A stretch of DNA of 64,000 nt. Origin: a virus. Under the pieces are notes generated by a model that saw only the letters and a list, made by a program, of their open reading frames with translations, was not told the DNA's origin and ran no database searches. The translations under genes and the position numbers were made by a program. Positions within the stretch are counted from its first letter, which is position 1; each line of letters starts with the position of its first letter. The DNA lies in the IMG/VR virus record IMGVR_UViG_3300009194_000008, positions 1 through 64,000 of that record; one strand, written 5' to 3'. Shown here one piece after another: positions 1-10,360 of the stretch.

Positions 1-411
1 ATCAGCAAGCGTCGCGCACCGAAGTTCGTTTCCGCTGGCAGCAAGCCCAAGGCGGAGAAGCTCTCGCTGTCCAAGGCCGACATCACCAAACTGCTGCAGC
101 TGGTGAAGGCTTACGGCGTGCTGATCAAGAAAGCCAACGAGACGATCACCACCGCCATGAAAGGGGTCAAGATCAACTCCTATAATCATGGTGCCAAGAC
201 CGTAAACCGTGGTAAGAAAGCAAGTCCGCAGGAGAAGAAGCAGCGCAACCATATGGCCAACGCTGCGTTCTTCTACGCCCACACCTTCATCCCGTTCATT
301 TCGCGTAGCTTCGGTCACGCAAGTGATTCTGGCCGTGCCCTGCTCAAGCTGGCCGAGCGTGGCATCAGCCAGATGGACGGCGGCAAGGAAGAGAAGAAAG
401 ACGACGAATAA
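1..411 (+). CDS. 3' end of a virion protein (probable internal head protein, phiKZ gp93-97 paralogue region); partial
   Basis: Frame 1 is open from base 1 to TAA at 409-411, has highly-expressed-type codon usage and is followed by a terminator hairpin. Product inferred from position upstream of gp98-101-like genes. Confidence 0.5.
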   Translation: MSKRRAPKFVSAGSKPKAEKLSLSKADITKLLQLVKAYGVLIKKANETITTAMKGVKINSYNHGAKTVNRGKKASPQEKKQRNHMANAAFFYAHTFIPFISRSFGHASDSGRALLKLAERGISQMDGGKEEKKDDE

Positions 412-413
412 GT

Positions 414-452
414 CGGCATACGTCGCCTCCCTACGGGGAGGCGATTATGTCG
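414..452. terminator. GC hairpin flanked by CGGCATA...TATGTCG (phage terminator motif)
   Basis: TCGCCTCCC-TACG-GGGAGGCGA stem with UNCG loop directly after a stop codon. Confidence 0.75.
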
Positions 453-506
453 TTACTCGGGAAGACTCGATCTTATGATTCGAATCCCATGCTCCAGGAG
501 CCCTCC

Positions 507-2363
507 ATGCCCAATGCCCTGATTCCATTACCCGACGTTTATGAGTCAGTCACTCGTCGTGTCGCGGTAGATGTCATCTCACAGTTGTCCCGTACCTTGC
601 GTCTACCGGGCAATACCGAAGTCTATTTGCCGGGCAATACCGAAAGTGTTCCCATGAACGGTGGGACCTTTGGTGAATGTTGGGACCCCGGTGTCCGTTA
701 TCCTGCCGAGGCACGCTTGATCGTGCGGTTCAACGAAGCGATTAATGAAGATAATGCCCTGACCGCTACCGTTAACAAACCCCAACAGATGCCGTTGTTC
801 TGGGATGAACATCGGGATGTGGTCATTCGTCCCGTGTACCGTTACGTGAACCTCACCGTCAGCATCGAATATATCGCCCCGAACATTACGCTGGCGCAAC
901 GTTGGTTGGATCACATGCGCTCGCAGTATTCCATGGGACGGGCCGAGCTTTACCAGGATCTGGAATACCATTACGCGATTCCCACCCCGGTATTGCATCT
1001 GTTAAAGCATATCCATGAAACCATGGAAGCGTCTCCGGTTCCCACCGGGGAGACCTTCGATGAATATTTTGAGAAGCATCGCTTTGCACCGGTTAAGACG
1101 GCAACTACTCTGTCAGGGAGTTCACCAACACGGGTTGTACCTGAGCACCAGTATGAGGTACTGGGGTGGTTTGACTTTACTGCCACACCACCGACACCGG
1201 AAAAGGATGGGAACGATACGGGGGTCTATACCACTGCATTCACCTATACCCTACACTACAATCGTCCGGTTCAGATGTATTGCAAGTACCCGATGCTGAT
1301 CCACAACAATCCAGTGGGTAAGGCATATCGGCCTCAGGAGCCCTATGAGACGTTTCGTAAATACCCCCGGAGGGTGAGTACCCGTAAGGGGAGTTTCGAC
1401 GAACAGATGGCACTGATGGAGGCTGAGGGGGTACCCTACATCCAGTACCCGGATACCGATGACTGGATTCCGGAATCTATCCCCAAAGACCGTCTGACGT
1501 TCTTTACCGGTTTGCTGGTGGTGAGTCCGAGTGATCCGCATACGCTAATGGACCTGTCCAATCTGGGGGACTTTGCTTTCTCACCCTTCTTCCTGGAATA
1601 TTTCTACACCCAAGGCGATAAGGTGTTCAGTTCCACGGGAAGCATTTTCGAGTTCCGGTTATACGAGAACAATCGACACCATACCTCAGCAACCTTCACC
1701 CTCACCGGTACCACGGTCAGTGTTAATGAAGCACTGGACCCGACTCGCTATTACCACCTCCAGATTTCCTTGCGGAGAAATTGGATGCTGGTAGATTGGG
1801 AGACCCTGGACTGTCTGCGTCGTTATCCCACAGTAGCGTATTGGGCACTTCGTGCCCTGGGGGTGGAACTCGGTGGTCGAGATAAACCCCCGACCAAGAA
1901 TCTACTTGGTGCATCACGTCCCCGTCCGACCTCGGACGACTGTCCGGGTGAAGGCAGTATCATCGGACCACCGCCTGGGCTTTTCCCCGCCCCACCGAAT
2001 TGGGGTGGGTATCCCGACGGCACGTGGCCGTGGCCGTGGTTGGGTGAGGGATGGATCGGTGTTCCTTGGCCGGGTTCGGTTCCCGATGGATGGTTAGAAA
2101 CACCCTGGCCCCAATTACAACCCAATCCCGATGGTGAGTTTACACAAGGGTATCCAGGTATCACTTATCCTGGAACCGCACCTGATGGTTGGCCGGGCAT
2201 TGGTATTTATCCTGGTGGTGTGATCCCAAACAAGGACATGGAAGACGCCCGCTGGGAAACCGATAACCGCGCCGACGACTATATTGACCGCGTGACGGTA
2301 GGACCAATGACGGTACTGTACTCACAGATTCTCACCCAAAACATGACGCCGCAGAGGAAGTGA
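507..2363 (+). CDS. virion structural protein (phiKZ gp98-like) with Pro/Gly/Trp-rich C-terminal insertion
   Basis: Long ORF; CAGGAG RBS before ATG 507 (ORF track start 447 lies inside the terminator); synteny with phiKZ-type structural block. Confidence 0.6.
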   Translation: MPNALIPLPDVYESVTRRVAVDVISQLSRTLRLPGNTEVYLPGNTESVPMNGGTFGECWDPGVRYPAEARLIVRFNEAINEDNALTATVNKPQQMPLFWDEHRDVVIRPVYRYVNLTVSIEYIAPNITLAQRWLDHMRSQYSMGRAELYQDLEYHYAIPTPVLHLLKHIHETMEASPVPTGETFDEYFEKHRFAPVKTATTLSGSSPTRVVPEHQYEVLGWFDFTATPPTPEKDGNDTGVYTTAFTYTLHYNRPVQMYCKYPMLIHNNPVGKAYRPQEPYETFRKYPRRVSTRKGSFDEQMALMEAEGVPYIQYPDTDDWIPESIPKDRLTFFTGLLVVSPSDPHTLMDLSNLGDFAFSPFFLEYFYTQGDKVFSSTGSIFEFRLYENNRHHTSATFTLTGTTVSVNEALDPTRYYHLQISLRRNWMLVDWETLDCLRRYPTVAYWALRALGVELGGRDKPPTKNLLGASRPRPTSDDCPGEGSIIGPPPGLFPAPPNWGGYPDGTWPWPWLGEGWIGVPWPGSVPDGWLETPWPQLQPNPDGEFTQGYPGITYPGTAPDGWPGIGIYPGGVIPNKDMEDARWETDNRADDYIDRVTVGPMTVLYSQILTQNMTPQRK

Positions 2364-2364
2364 T

Positions 2365-3768
2365 ATGGCACTCTTTAATGAAAACCAGGATGGGCCGAAC
2401 GAAGAACCCCAGCCAACGGTGAAGCCCAGGATCGAGCCCCAGGTCTTCGACGGCATTACGGTGGACACGGAATACAACCCATCGTCGGCACTACTCACGT
2501 GGGTCGAAGGCTCCAACTGGACAGTCGATTATTATTCTCAGGTGCTGGGTAGTGACAATGAACCCACCCCGCAGGATATGAACCGCGATCCCATCTATCA
2601 GCAGTATAAGCTGATCAAAGGGATGGACCTGAAAGTTACGGCCCCATTGACGTTTAGCCAAGATGCCCAGATGCGCATTATGGAGGTCCGTGGGTCGGGG
2701 ATTACCTACCCGTTCCTGGTACCGAACAAAGGCGATATGTTCGTAGCCGATGTCGGGGACGGTCGTGTTGGGGTGTTCACCATTACGGAGTCATTGCGCT
2801 CTACTATTCTTCGGGACAGTGTCTACACCGTTGAATACATCATGGTGGCCGAACTGGACCAGGCACGCCTCAGTGACCTGGAACGTAAAACCATCGAAAC
2901 CTTCCATTACTCACGGGATTCGTTAATCCGAGGGTGTGGTCCGTTTGTTACCGAACAAGAGAAAACGCGTGGGGAACGGTACCAGCAGTTCCGCCAAGAA
3001 CTTATCGGTCGGTATTTCACTGACTTCCTGAGTCAGGAACACAGCACCCTCCTGGTGCCGGATCAGTTACGTAAGACGTACGACCATTTTGTTACCAAGG
3101 TGGTATTGATGTTGATTGGGTCCCAGGAAGACCCACGTGTTCGCCGCGTCAAAGAAATGAACATCAGCGCTGAACCCGTCATGTCCCAACGAACCCTGTG
3201 GGATGCGATCGTTCATCTCGACTCGACCCGGATGTATGGGGCTACTCAAAAGGCCACCTGTCTTTCCACCAACTATTTCAGAGGACGCCCCACCCTGCAG
3301 GCGTTAGGGTACACCGGCATCTCCCGCGTGGTGTTTCCGGTTGAAGCATCTACTGGAGTCGATAGTCACTACGATGGTGAAGATACCGATGTTCCAGAGG
3401 GTATCCCGTTCCGGGAAGGACGTCCCCGCCGTCCTGAGGTTGGTCCGTATCGTGACCAAGAAACGCGTAACGCGATTTACTTTCAGCCGACACCCCCGGA
3501 ACTCGGCATGGAGTCGTGGAAGACACCCCCGGATATTCACCCCGTAGTCCATGATCGGTACTATGTGTTATCCGAAGCGTTTTATATGGACTATCCCGAA
3601 TCACAATCCAAGCTGGAACAACTTACCCAGCAAGCCATCCGAAAGGAAGCGTTAAACTTAGACCAGCTGGATCATGTCATCAAACGTGCGCTCGATTGGG
3701 ATAACCTTGAACGGTATTACTACTACCCGATATTGTTTGTCCTGTTGAAGCTAGGAATGCAATCATGA
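2365..3768 (+). CDS. virion structural protein (phiKZ gp99-like)
   Basis: 467-aa ORF; LLTWVEGSNWTVDYYSQVL and PNKGDMFVADVGDGR segments recalled from the phiKZ-type family; synteny. Confidence 0.65.
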   Translation: MALFNENQDGPNEEPQPTVKPRIEPQVFDGITVDTEYNPSSALLTWVEGSNWTVDYYSQVLGSDNEPTPQDMNRDPIYQQYKLIKGMDLKVTAPLTFSQDAQMRIMEVRGSGITYPFLVPNKGDMFVADVGDGRVGVFTITESLRSTILRDSVYTVEYIMVAELDQARLSDLERKTIETFHYSRDSLIRGCGPFVTEQEKTRGERYQQFRQELIGRYFTDFLSQEHSTLLVPDQLRKTYDHFVTKVVLMLIGSQEDPRVRRVKEMNISAEPVMSQRTLWDAIVHLDSTRMYGATQKATCLSTNYFRGRPTLQALGYTGISRVVFPVEASTGVDSHYDGEDTDVPEGIPFREGRPRRPEVGPYRDQETRNAIYFQPTPPELGMESWKTPPDIHPVVHDRYYVLSEAFYMDYPESQSKLEQLTQQAIRKEALNLDQLDHVIKRALDWDNLERYYYYPILFVLLKLGMQS

Positions 3769-4349
3769 CCCATGCAAAAAAGAATACCGCAGCTTGGCGT
3801 CTGTTCCACATCAAGTACCAGGTACGGGTACCGCAGTTGTTCATGTACGGTAAACCCTACCTGGAAAAACACGGCTACCACGTCAGTGGGGATCAAAGTC
3901 TCGATAATGAACGTCTCATGGAACCGACCGTTATGCGTCAGACCGTGGCGGGTCTGGCGCTGTTGCATGAAGAGGGGGCACCACTGGATATCGTTAATTG
4001 GCGCGACAGTGTGTCAATTTACGAAGATATCCAAGAGCACCTGCGGGACTGGGAAGCCCAAGCCCGTGGGGGCATGCACCCCGGCGAGATCCCCCCCATC
4101 GAAGACTTCCGAATGCTGGAAGCTATCGCCTCGGCGCTTCATCAACATGCCAAGCACTACGAACCGGATGAAGTGACTGGAGATGGCATGCGGGATCGAC
4201 TGATGGCCATGAACCGTCGTCGTAATCCGGTCAAGACCGAACGCTATCTGCGTAACAAGATCGTTAACGAGAAGGGCGAATTGAAACCCTACGTGTCTAT
4301 CGTTGATCGAATCGAACAACAGGTCTATGGGAGTCACGGATGGCAGTAG
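3765..4349 (+). CDS. conserved phiKZ-type hypothetical protein (gp100-like)
   Basis: ATGA-type overlap with neighbours; synteny. Confidence 0.55.
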   Translation: MTHAKKNTAAWRLFHIKYQVRVPQLFMYGKPYLEKHGYHVSGDQSLDNERLMEPTVMRQTVAGLALLHEEGAPLDIVNWRDSVSIYEDIQEHLRDWEAQARGGMHPGEIPPIEDFRMLEAIASALHQHAKHYEPDEVTGDGMRDRLMAMNRRRNPVKTERYLRNKIVNEKGELKPYVSIVDRIEQQVYGSHGWQ

Positions 4350-5689
4350 ATAACACGCTACTGTTGCGGGAGGTGGACGCGATCATTGCGTCAGGCCAAG
4401 GGATTAGCCACTACCGCATCGGTGCCAAGATAAAAGCTGGGGATGAGTGGATCACTCCCACTCGTCTGGACCTGTATTCGCTGGAGCGTGATTACGAAGG
4501 CGGTTATGGTGATGTGCTGGTTCTTGAACTTTTGTTGGGTTTGGGAACCTATGCATACCGCATCTTTCCTAACCGCGATAGCTTGTTTGTGGACGTTACT
4601 TCGACACCGCTGTACGAGAACACCGCGACACAACGCAGTGATATGCCGCAACGGGTAAAACGGTACCGAGCTATCCTGATGGACCAGGATAACCCTGGGT
4701 TGGTGGGACGTACTCCACAGGCGTCATCGGAACAGGACCTTAATATCTCAGGTCCCAAGAAGGTAACGCTACAATTAGTCGAAGAAGGCCTTTACCAGGC
4801 ACGGATGATTACCGTGGGTCGGCTGTACCGCAAGACCACGCCGATCAATGCCCTACGGTCGTTGTTGACCGAAACGACCAAGCTGGTGGATAACAAAAAC
4901 CAACAGCAGATTCTTGGAGTTAACACCGTCGGTGGGTATAACGAGACGGTTCGTGACCATGTGATCATTCCCCACGGTACGTCGCTGTTTAAAGTACCGG
5001 ACCTCATCCAAAACGAGGAAGGGGGACTCTATGCCACGGGGATTGGATGTTACCTACAAAACCAGTATTGGCACATCTTCCCGCCGTATAACACGGAACG
5101 CTTCGACCAAGCCCCCAAGACATTAACGATCCTCAACATACCGCCCAATCGGTACTATGGTGCTGAACGTACCTATCGACGAACGGAACGTCAGGTCATT
5201 ATTGTGACGGCAGGGGACATGGCTGCTCAGGATGAGGCACGTTACCAACAGCTCAATGAAGGTAACGCGGTCCGCTTCACGGATGCCCGTAAGCTACTGC
5301 TGTTCGGGGAAAGCCAGAATAACAAAACACAGGTCCGTCGTCAGGAGAACGTGTTTGAGTTCGAAGGACCCCAGATGGACGGTGGGTTAAGCAATGCCCG
5401 CTGGTCGGCAGAACGGGCGACGTCAAATCCCTTCCCACATTACACCCACATGGCCAAACGCAGTGGGCGGTATGTGATGGTGGAGTGGATGCATGGCGAC
5501 TCTAGCTTGCTTACCCCAGGGATGCCGGTGAAATTCATGACCGCCGCCAACGATGAACTCAAGATCATGTTTGGGACATTGTTGGGGGTCCATGAACAAC
5601 GTATCCCCAGTGAACCTGGAGTGGGGGCCAGTCAGTATCCCGCGTCACTACGACTGAAGGTCTTTCTGTCACGGGATGGCGATGTTTAA
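4340..5689 (+). CDS. virion structural/baseplate protein (phiKZ gp101-like)
   Basis: 449-aa ORF with GGLYATGIGCYLQ segment; last gene of the structural operon. Confidence 0.55.
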   Translation: MAVDNTLLLREVDAIIASGQGISHYRIGAKIKAGDEWITPTRLDLYSLERDYEGGYGDVLVLELLLGLGTYAYRIFPNRDSLFVDVTSTPLYENTATQRSDMPQRVKRYRAILMDQDNPGLVGRTPQASSEQDLNISGPKKVTLQLVEEGLYQARMITVGRLYRKTTPINALRSLLTETTKLVDNKNQQQILGVNTVGGYNETVRDHVIIPHGTSLFKVPDLIQNEEGGLYATGIGCYLQNQYWHIFPPYNTERFDQAPKTLTILNIPPNRYYGAERTYRRTERQVIIVTAGDMAAQDEARYQQLNEGNAVRFTDARKLLLFGESQNNKTQVRRQENVFEFEGPQMDGGLSNARWSAERATSNPFPHYTHMAKRSGRYVMVEWMHGDSSLLTPGMPVKFMTAANDELKIMFGTLLGVHEQRIPSEPGVGASQYPASLRLKVFLSRDGDV

Positions 5690-5706
5690 CCCATGGTTTT
5701 TCACAT

Positions 5707-5723
5707 CTACATCATCCTCTTGA
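5707..5723 (+). promoter_or_regulatory. putative early (virion RNAP) promoter C-TACATCAT-N5-TGA
   Basis: Matches a five-copy intergenic motif related to the phiKZ early consensus TATATTAC. Confidence 0.6.
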
Positions 5724-5770
5724 ACCGGACCGCCTAATCGCGGTCCCTTTTATTCACGAGGAGCAATACC

Positions 5771-6151
5771 ATGGCCATCTATGTGGCAATACGTGCGTCA
5801 TGGTCAATGACATGGTTGAGCATGATCCATAACGACGTGGACCTTACCGACCCTGAGTCGCTCGACGTGTTGTATGAGATGACGGGCGAATACCTTTGTC
5901 TGGTGCACCGCATATTGGACGACGAGAAACGACCCCTCTGTCCAGATACTCTTCCGCACCTAACCAGTGAATTATTGTACGGACGTGGTGTAGTGGATAT
6001 CCCCTATTGGAAGTTTACCAATCCGTGGTGGGAACTCTACACCGAACTGAAGTATGTTCTGAACAGGCTTCACCCGTTCTGTGGAATACCGGAAGCCGTG
6101 ATCGATTATAATGGCGCACTGGTGGGTTTCGTGTTTGATGTACCTTCTTGA
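5771..6151 (+). CDS. hypothetical protein (likely paralogue of 13510-13884)
   Basis: GAGGAG RBS; 126 aa. Confidence 0.7.
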   Translation: MAIYVAIRASWSMTWLSMIHNDVDLTDPESLDVLYEMTGEYLCLVHRILDDEKRPLCPDTLPHLTSELLYGRGVVDIPYWKFTNPWWELYTELKYVLNRLHPFCGIPEAVIDYNGALVGFVFDVPS

Positions 6152-6174
6152 TAAAAATGCGCAGGGAGCCAATA

Positions 6175-6927
6175 ATGATTCAACAGCATTACGTGTTAAA
6201 TTCGCTCACGCAATGGTGTGTGCATAAGGCCGGGTGTCAGGTGTGTTTCGATGACTGTATCCACGATCGGGAGTCCCAGCGTTTACTGCGTGGAATGCAG
6301 TTAATGTACCAGGTACTGCGCAAGACCCCCAATACCGATCACATCACCGAGAGTGGCTTTTATTACCGCCTGGCCCTCCCGCGTCTTCAATCGCTTTATC
6401 AGCGTCTCTCTACCAACGTCCTGCTCTGGGATTACCGGACGGCCAACGATTGGTTGACACTGGAAGATCGCAGCTTTCTATCATCGCCGGATTTCGTGAC
6501 CGCACAAACTCTGGTAATGGGCGGCATTCCGATCCATCAAGCACCAACGCTGGGGATCATTGAACCACATGACACCGGTCCTCGAGCACGGTTCCTGCAA
6601 TTCCTGTATGACTATTACGGGTTTACCCGTGTGTACCAGTTCTACCGCACGGGCGTGTTGCGTCCGATCATCGATACCCTGGTGCAGTTAAAAGGGTATT
6701 CATTCCCCCGGGCATTTGCCAATCCCGAGTTCCACCGCAATGTGGATATTCTGACCATTTCGCAGTGCATTGCCAAAACGGAGATTCTGTATGATGAGGA
6801 ACTTGCCATCGAGGTAGTCCTGGATACTTATTTCAGCGACGTACCGCATCTCATCCGTGATGACATGCAGACCCAAACCTGTCAGTACCTCGGCATCATC
6901 AAGACCAACGCCACCCACATCTCTTAG
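6175..6927 (+). CDS. hypothetical protein
   Basis: Long ORF; GGGAG RBS before ATG 6175 (track start 6148). Confidence 0.65.
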   Translation: MIQQHYVLNSLTQWCVHKAGCQVCFDDCIHDRESQRLLRGMQLMYQVLRKTPNTDHITESGFYYRLALPRLQSLYQRLSTNVLLWDYRTANDWLTLEDRSFLSSPDFVTAQTLVMGGIPIHQAPTLGIIEPHDTGPRARFLQFLYDYYGFTRVYQFYRTGVLRPIIDTLVQLKGYSFPRAFANPEFHRNVDILTISQCIAKTEILYDEELAIEVVLDTYFSDVPHLIRDDMQTQTCQYLGIIKTNATHIS

Positions 6928-6936
6928 GAAACGATC

Positions 6937-7800
6937 ATGACTACCATGGGGCCATTTCCCGCGACCGACCCGATCACTGTGGAACTGTCGATTTACCAAA
7001 CGGAAGACGACCCGAGTCTGGGCGTGATGTATAACCAGATCAGTCGTCGAACACTGATTCAGCAAGCCAGGAAGGCATGGGGTGAGGAAACGGCCCGTGA
7101 CATTCGCTATGTGATCGATGAGGCGTTCAAAGGGTTTTCATGGGATCGTGAGTACCCACGGGAAATCTTCTTGGATCATCAGGAAAACCAAATCTGGGCC
7201 TGTTGTTACAAACGCCCCAAACGTCAAGATCCCAATGGACAGTTCCTGGTCAAAACGATCATCCCTTTCCCGGATTTCCTATCCTTGGATGATCTCCTTC
7301 CGGAACAGTGTCCGCTGTTTAACATCGAGGAGCTGACCGAGTGGGGGAATGAACAGACGGCGTTGGTGGCCTCCCGCGTTCCGTTACTCGGCTTGCCGGG
7401 ATACCAGGAGGACTTCATCAAAGGTAAGATGGCCTCACAACAAATCATCACACTGTCGGAACAACACCACATCACCCGTACCCAGCATCTGGACATGCGG
7501 TGGTATCTGATCCCGACCGACTTCCGTCTCACCGGGGCGGAGTTAGCACGTCGCGTCACCAAGCGGGTGTTCTTCGATAACCTACGGGGTCACTACCCGG
7601 TGGCTAGGGAACATATTGACCGACTCCTGAGCTATCTGAAGCAACATCAGATCGAGCCGCATTTTCTGGTATCGACGGTGGACAAGCAACGCAACCTCTG
7701 CATTCTGTACACCATGGATGTGGAGATGTCCTCAGGGGAAATGGAAGTGGTGTCTGGGAGTCTGAACCTCGCCCAACGCCGTCGCAGTGAATTACAGTAA
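6937..7800 (+). CDS. hypothetical protein
   Basis: 287-aa ORF with AGGA RBS, followed by a terminator hairpin. Confidence 0.7.
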   Translation: MTTMGPFPATDPITVELSIYQTEDDPSLGVMYNQISRRTLIQQARKAWGEETARDIRYVIDEAFKGFSWDREYPREIFLDHQENQIWACCYKRPKRQDPNGQFLVKTIIPFPDFLSLDDLLPEQCPLFNIEELTEWGNEQTALVASRVPLLGLPGYQEDFIKGKMASQQIITLSEQHHITRTQHLDMRWYLIPTDFRLTGAELARRVTKRVFFDNLRGHYPVAREHIDRLLSYLKQHQIEPHFLVSTVDKQRNLCILYTMDVEMSSGEMEVVSGSLNLAQRRRSELQ

Positions 7801-7803
7801 CAA

Positions 7804-7840
7804 CGCATAACACAGGTCCCCGCTTGGGGACCTCATTATA
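7804..7840. terminator. GC hairpin with CATAA/TTAT flanks
   Basis: AGGTCCCC-GCTT-GGGGACCT after a stop codon. Confidence 0.65.
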
Positions 7841-7862
7841 CCGATTCCAGTACCTTAGAAAC

Positions 7863-7879
7863 CTATATTACTAAGGTGA
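7863..7879 (+). promoter_or_regulatory. putative early promoter C-TATATTAC-N5-TGA
   Basis: Exact TATATTAC (phiKZ early consensus) in intergenic DNA ahead of small genes. Confidence 0.7.
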
Positions 7880-7916
7880 AGGACAACGAGAAACCGTAAG
7901 AACTAAGGAGTGATCC

Positions 7917-8195
7917 ATGAATAAACTGACGGCTTTTAGTATTGTGTTGGGGTCCTGTGTTCGCCGCGCTTGGGTGAAACGCCCCTACCGCCGCCAGTGG
8001 TTTAGACTGTGGGCATGGAAACTGATGTGGCGTGCAGGTCCAGCACACTATCGCTGGCTGCGCGGATGGACCACAGTGACACAGGACTATGGTCCCAAAC
8101 AAAGTTGTCATCCCTCACACCGGGCGTACGTTGCCATGTGTTACCTGGAAGGAGTAAAGCCGGTAATCATGACCGTCCGAAGTGGGTATTTTTAA
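7917..8195 (+). CDS. small basic Trp/Arg-rich hypothetical protein
   Basis: TAAGGAG RBS; 92 aa. Confidence 0.6.
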   Translation: MNKLTAFSIVLGSCVRRAWVKRPYRRQWFRLWAWKLMWRAGPAHYRWLRGWTTVTQDYGPKQSCHPSHRAYVAMCYLEGVKPVIMTVRSGYF

Positions 8196-8210
8196 CTGAG
8201 GAGGTGTATC

Positions 8211-8621
8211 ATGGGCGGCATTATCTTTCTGGCCCTGTTAGCCCTACTGTTCTATGGCATCATCAGCCTCTACAGAGGCGCGTGGCGGCTGATGGTCGGT
8301 AAGGTAGACCAAGCCCCAGGGAAACGCAAAGAACGCCAGAGAGCAAGCCCTGGGCTTTCTCACATACGGGTCTTCGTCAAGGCCCTGGAAAACGACGGGT
8401 ATTTCGGCCTGGCTAAGCTCCCGGATGCGGAGCTGACTTATGTCGATGACCCGGTACTCAGCCGTATGATCGCCAAGATCGCTCACGAGGTGGAACTCGA
8501 ATGGGTGCTGCCGGAACATGGCCTGCGGTTGAAGAAAGTCCCGGAAGAAGCACCCGAAGCATTCCGGGCGAAGTACCAGTGGGTGGTCATGACTCCCACT
8601 CACGCAATCGGCTATTACTAA
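8211..8621 (+). CDS. hypothetical membrane-anchored protein
   Basis: GAGGAGG RBS; N-terminal hydrophobic helix. Confidence 0.7.
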   Translation: MGGIIFLALLALLFYGIISLYRGAWRLMVGKVDQAPGKRKERQRASPGLSHIRVFVKALENDGYFGLAKLPDAELTYVDDPVLSRMIAKIAHEVELEWVLPEHGLRLKKVPEEAPEAFRAKYQWVVMTPTHAIGYY

Positions 8622-8661
8622 TCAGCCAACTAAAAAGAAAGAATCATAAAAGGAAACTGTC

Positions 8662-9270
8662 ATGACACTCATCGTCGTAGATCAATTCCGCACCACGGCC
8701 GACTCGTACGCTGTGGAAACTACTGAATTTGGGGACACGGTCCACACGGGCTTCCCCAAGATCCTCAAGATGCCTCACCGGGTGGTCCACGGGGAAGAAC
8801 GCTCGTTTCGCACCGTCGCGTTCGCGGGCAGTGCCACTACCTTCGTTACCCTGTGGGAGATGCTCCTCGGGGTGATGTACACGAAGGGCTACCTCGACGT
8901 CGATACCCTTGACGAACACTGCAGTGGCTACCCGGGTGGATTGGTGTTGCTGATCTTCCCGTTCTCCAACGCCTGCATGACCGTACTCGCCGGGGAAAAC
9001 GCCCCGGCCGAAATCCACTGGCACGAAGGCAGTGTCCATGCCTTTGGCAGCGGTTATGTGGAACCCCATGGGGATGTCGTGGAGTACCGCAGCTGGTACT
9101 CGATCTTCTACGATGCCTGGGATGCTGGCCGTATCCATGGTGCCGACATTCACTTCCTTGCCCATGAAGGCATGAGTGAAGCGAAAGAAGATAAGCTCAA
9201 ACCCGAAACCACAGTGAAGCGCGTCCGGCGACGTCTCCCTTGGGGTAATGCCAAACGCCATCGGTCGTGA
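8662..9270 (+). CDS. Ntn-hydrolase-fold (HslV/proteasome-beta-like) protein
   Basis: M-T start followed by xxxD...ADS, then KI, AFAGSA and AFGSG motifs typical of phage Ntn-peptidase-like proteins. Confidence 0.5.
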   Translation: MTLIVVDQFRTTADSYAVETTEFGDTVHTGFPKILKMPHRVVHGEERSFRTVAFAGSATTFVTLWEMLLGVMYTKGYLDVDTLDEHCSGYPGGLVLLIFPFSNACMTVLAGENAPAEIHWHEGSVHAFGSGYVEPHGDVVEYRSWYSIFYDAWDAGRIHGADIHFLAHEGMSEAKEDKLKPETTVKRVRRRLPWGNAKRHRS

Positions 9271-9364
9271 GGAATCTCCCATGCCCACCACTCCGAAACA
9301 TGTCCTGATTGGTGTTCTCCAGAACACCTTAATTGCTCACCATCAGAAACTGAAGGAATCCACC

Positions 9365-10266
9365 ATGTCAAAGATTAACGAAAACCAGTACATCGTACCG
9401 AAAGATGAAAATTTCGATGCCTGTGTCAAAGAACTGTTTCTCTACAAAGCGAAACCGGAAGACCCCGCGGGTATCCGTCGAGTGCGTATCGGTCGGACAG
9501 CGGACAGCCCTCGCTATGTGTACTTCTGGGATGACGATAAGACACTGGACTGTGTGGGTGGCGGTAACGATGAGGTCCTGGCGACATTTCATCAGAACCC
9601 TGTCAACATCGCCATTCTTCATGAACTGCTGGGGATGGAAGTCCTGAAAGTTGGCGACGCCAGTACCACGTATCGTGGGATGGGTACGACTTCCACATCA
9701 CCGAGACATTTCCGCAGGTGGTGGGGAGTGCTGAGGTGGATGGTGGAACTACGCGACACGAGACCGGCGAGGAGTCACATCCCAACACCGCGCAGGAGGA
9801 GGCTGGTAATATCCGTCAATCCACAGACGATACGGAAGACTCCATCGAAAGCGATGTTCGGGTGCAAGAACCCGACGAGGTGGAAAAGAACGTCGAGACG
9901 CTTTACCGCGTACTGATGTGTTCTTTCGATCTGATGGAAGTCGATCCGGCCAGTGCCGCGACCATCACCGCCGGAATGAGCCAACCACGGACGTACGGAG
10001 GGGCGTTCCCGAATGGGGTGGTGAACACGCCGCCGAGCCCGTTTCCGCAGACCACCATGACACTCGTGACACCAATGATCTCTCGGATGCTCGAAGAGAT
10101 CTCCTTCCAGGAGGATTACGAGTACGCACTGTTCCGTCATGGAATGATGATCGCCCAGGACCCGGAAGGCGGTTACAGGGTCAAGCTGAAAATCCCCAAC
10201 ACGAGTGCGGTTGCCGTGGTGGAATACAACCACCGTCGAGCCACACCGCCCTTTTCCCTTCTGTAA
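9365..10266 (+). pseudogene. hypothetical gene apparently split by a frameshift near 9655-9661 (track ORFs 9248-9916 and 9718-10266)
   Basis: The first frame becomes non-protein-like after LKVGD. The second frame is open from 9625, reads QYHVSWDGYDFHIT... and has no obvious RBS. Confidence 0.5.
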
Positions 10267-10290
10267 TTGCAACTGAAAGAAAAGTCAGAT

Positions 10291-10307
10291 CTATATCACT
10301 GGGATGA
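10291..10307 (+). promoter_or_regulatory. putative early promoter C-TATATCAC-N5-TGA
   Basis: Member of the five-copy motif. Confidence 0.65.
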
Positions 10308-10360
10308 GGAAACCCACCAACGGAGTTTCCCATCCCTAAATTGAAAGAATGGAGACTATC

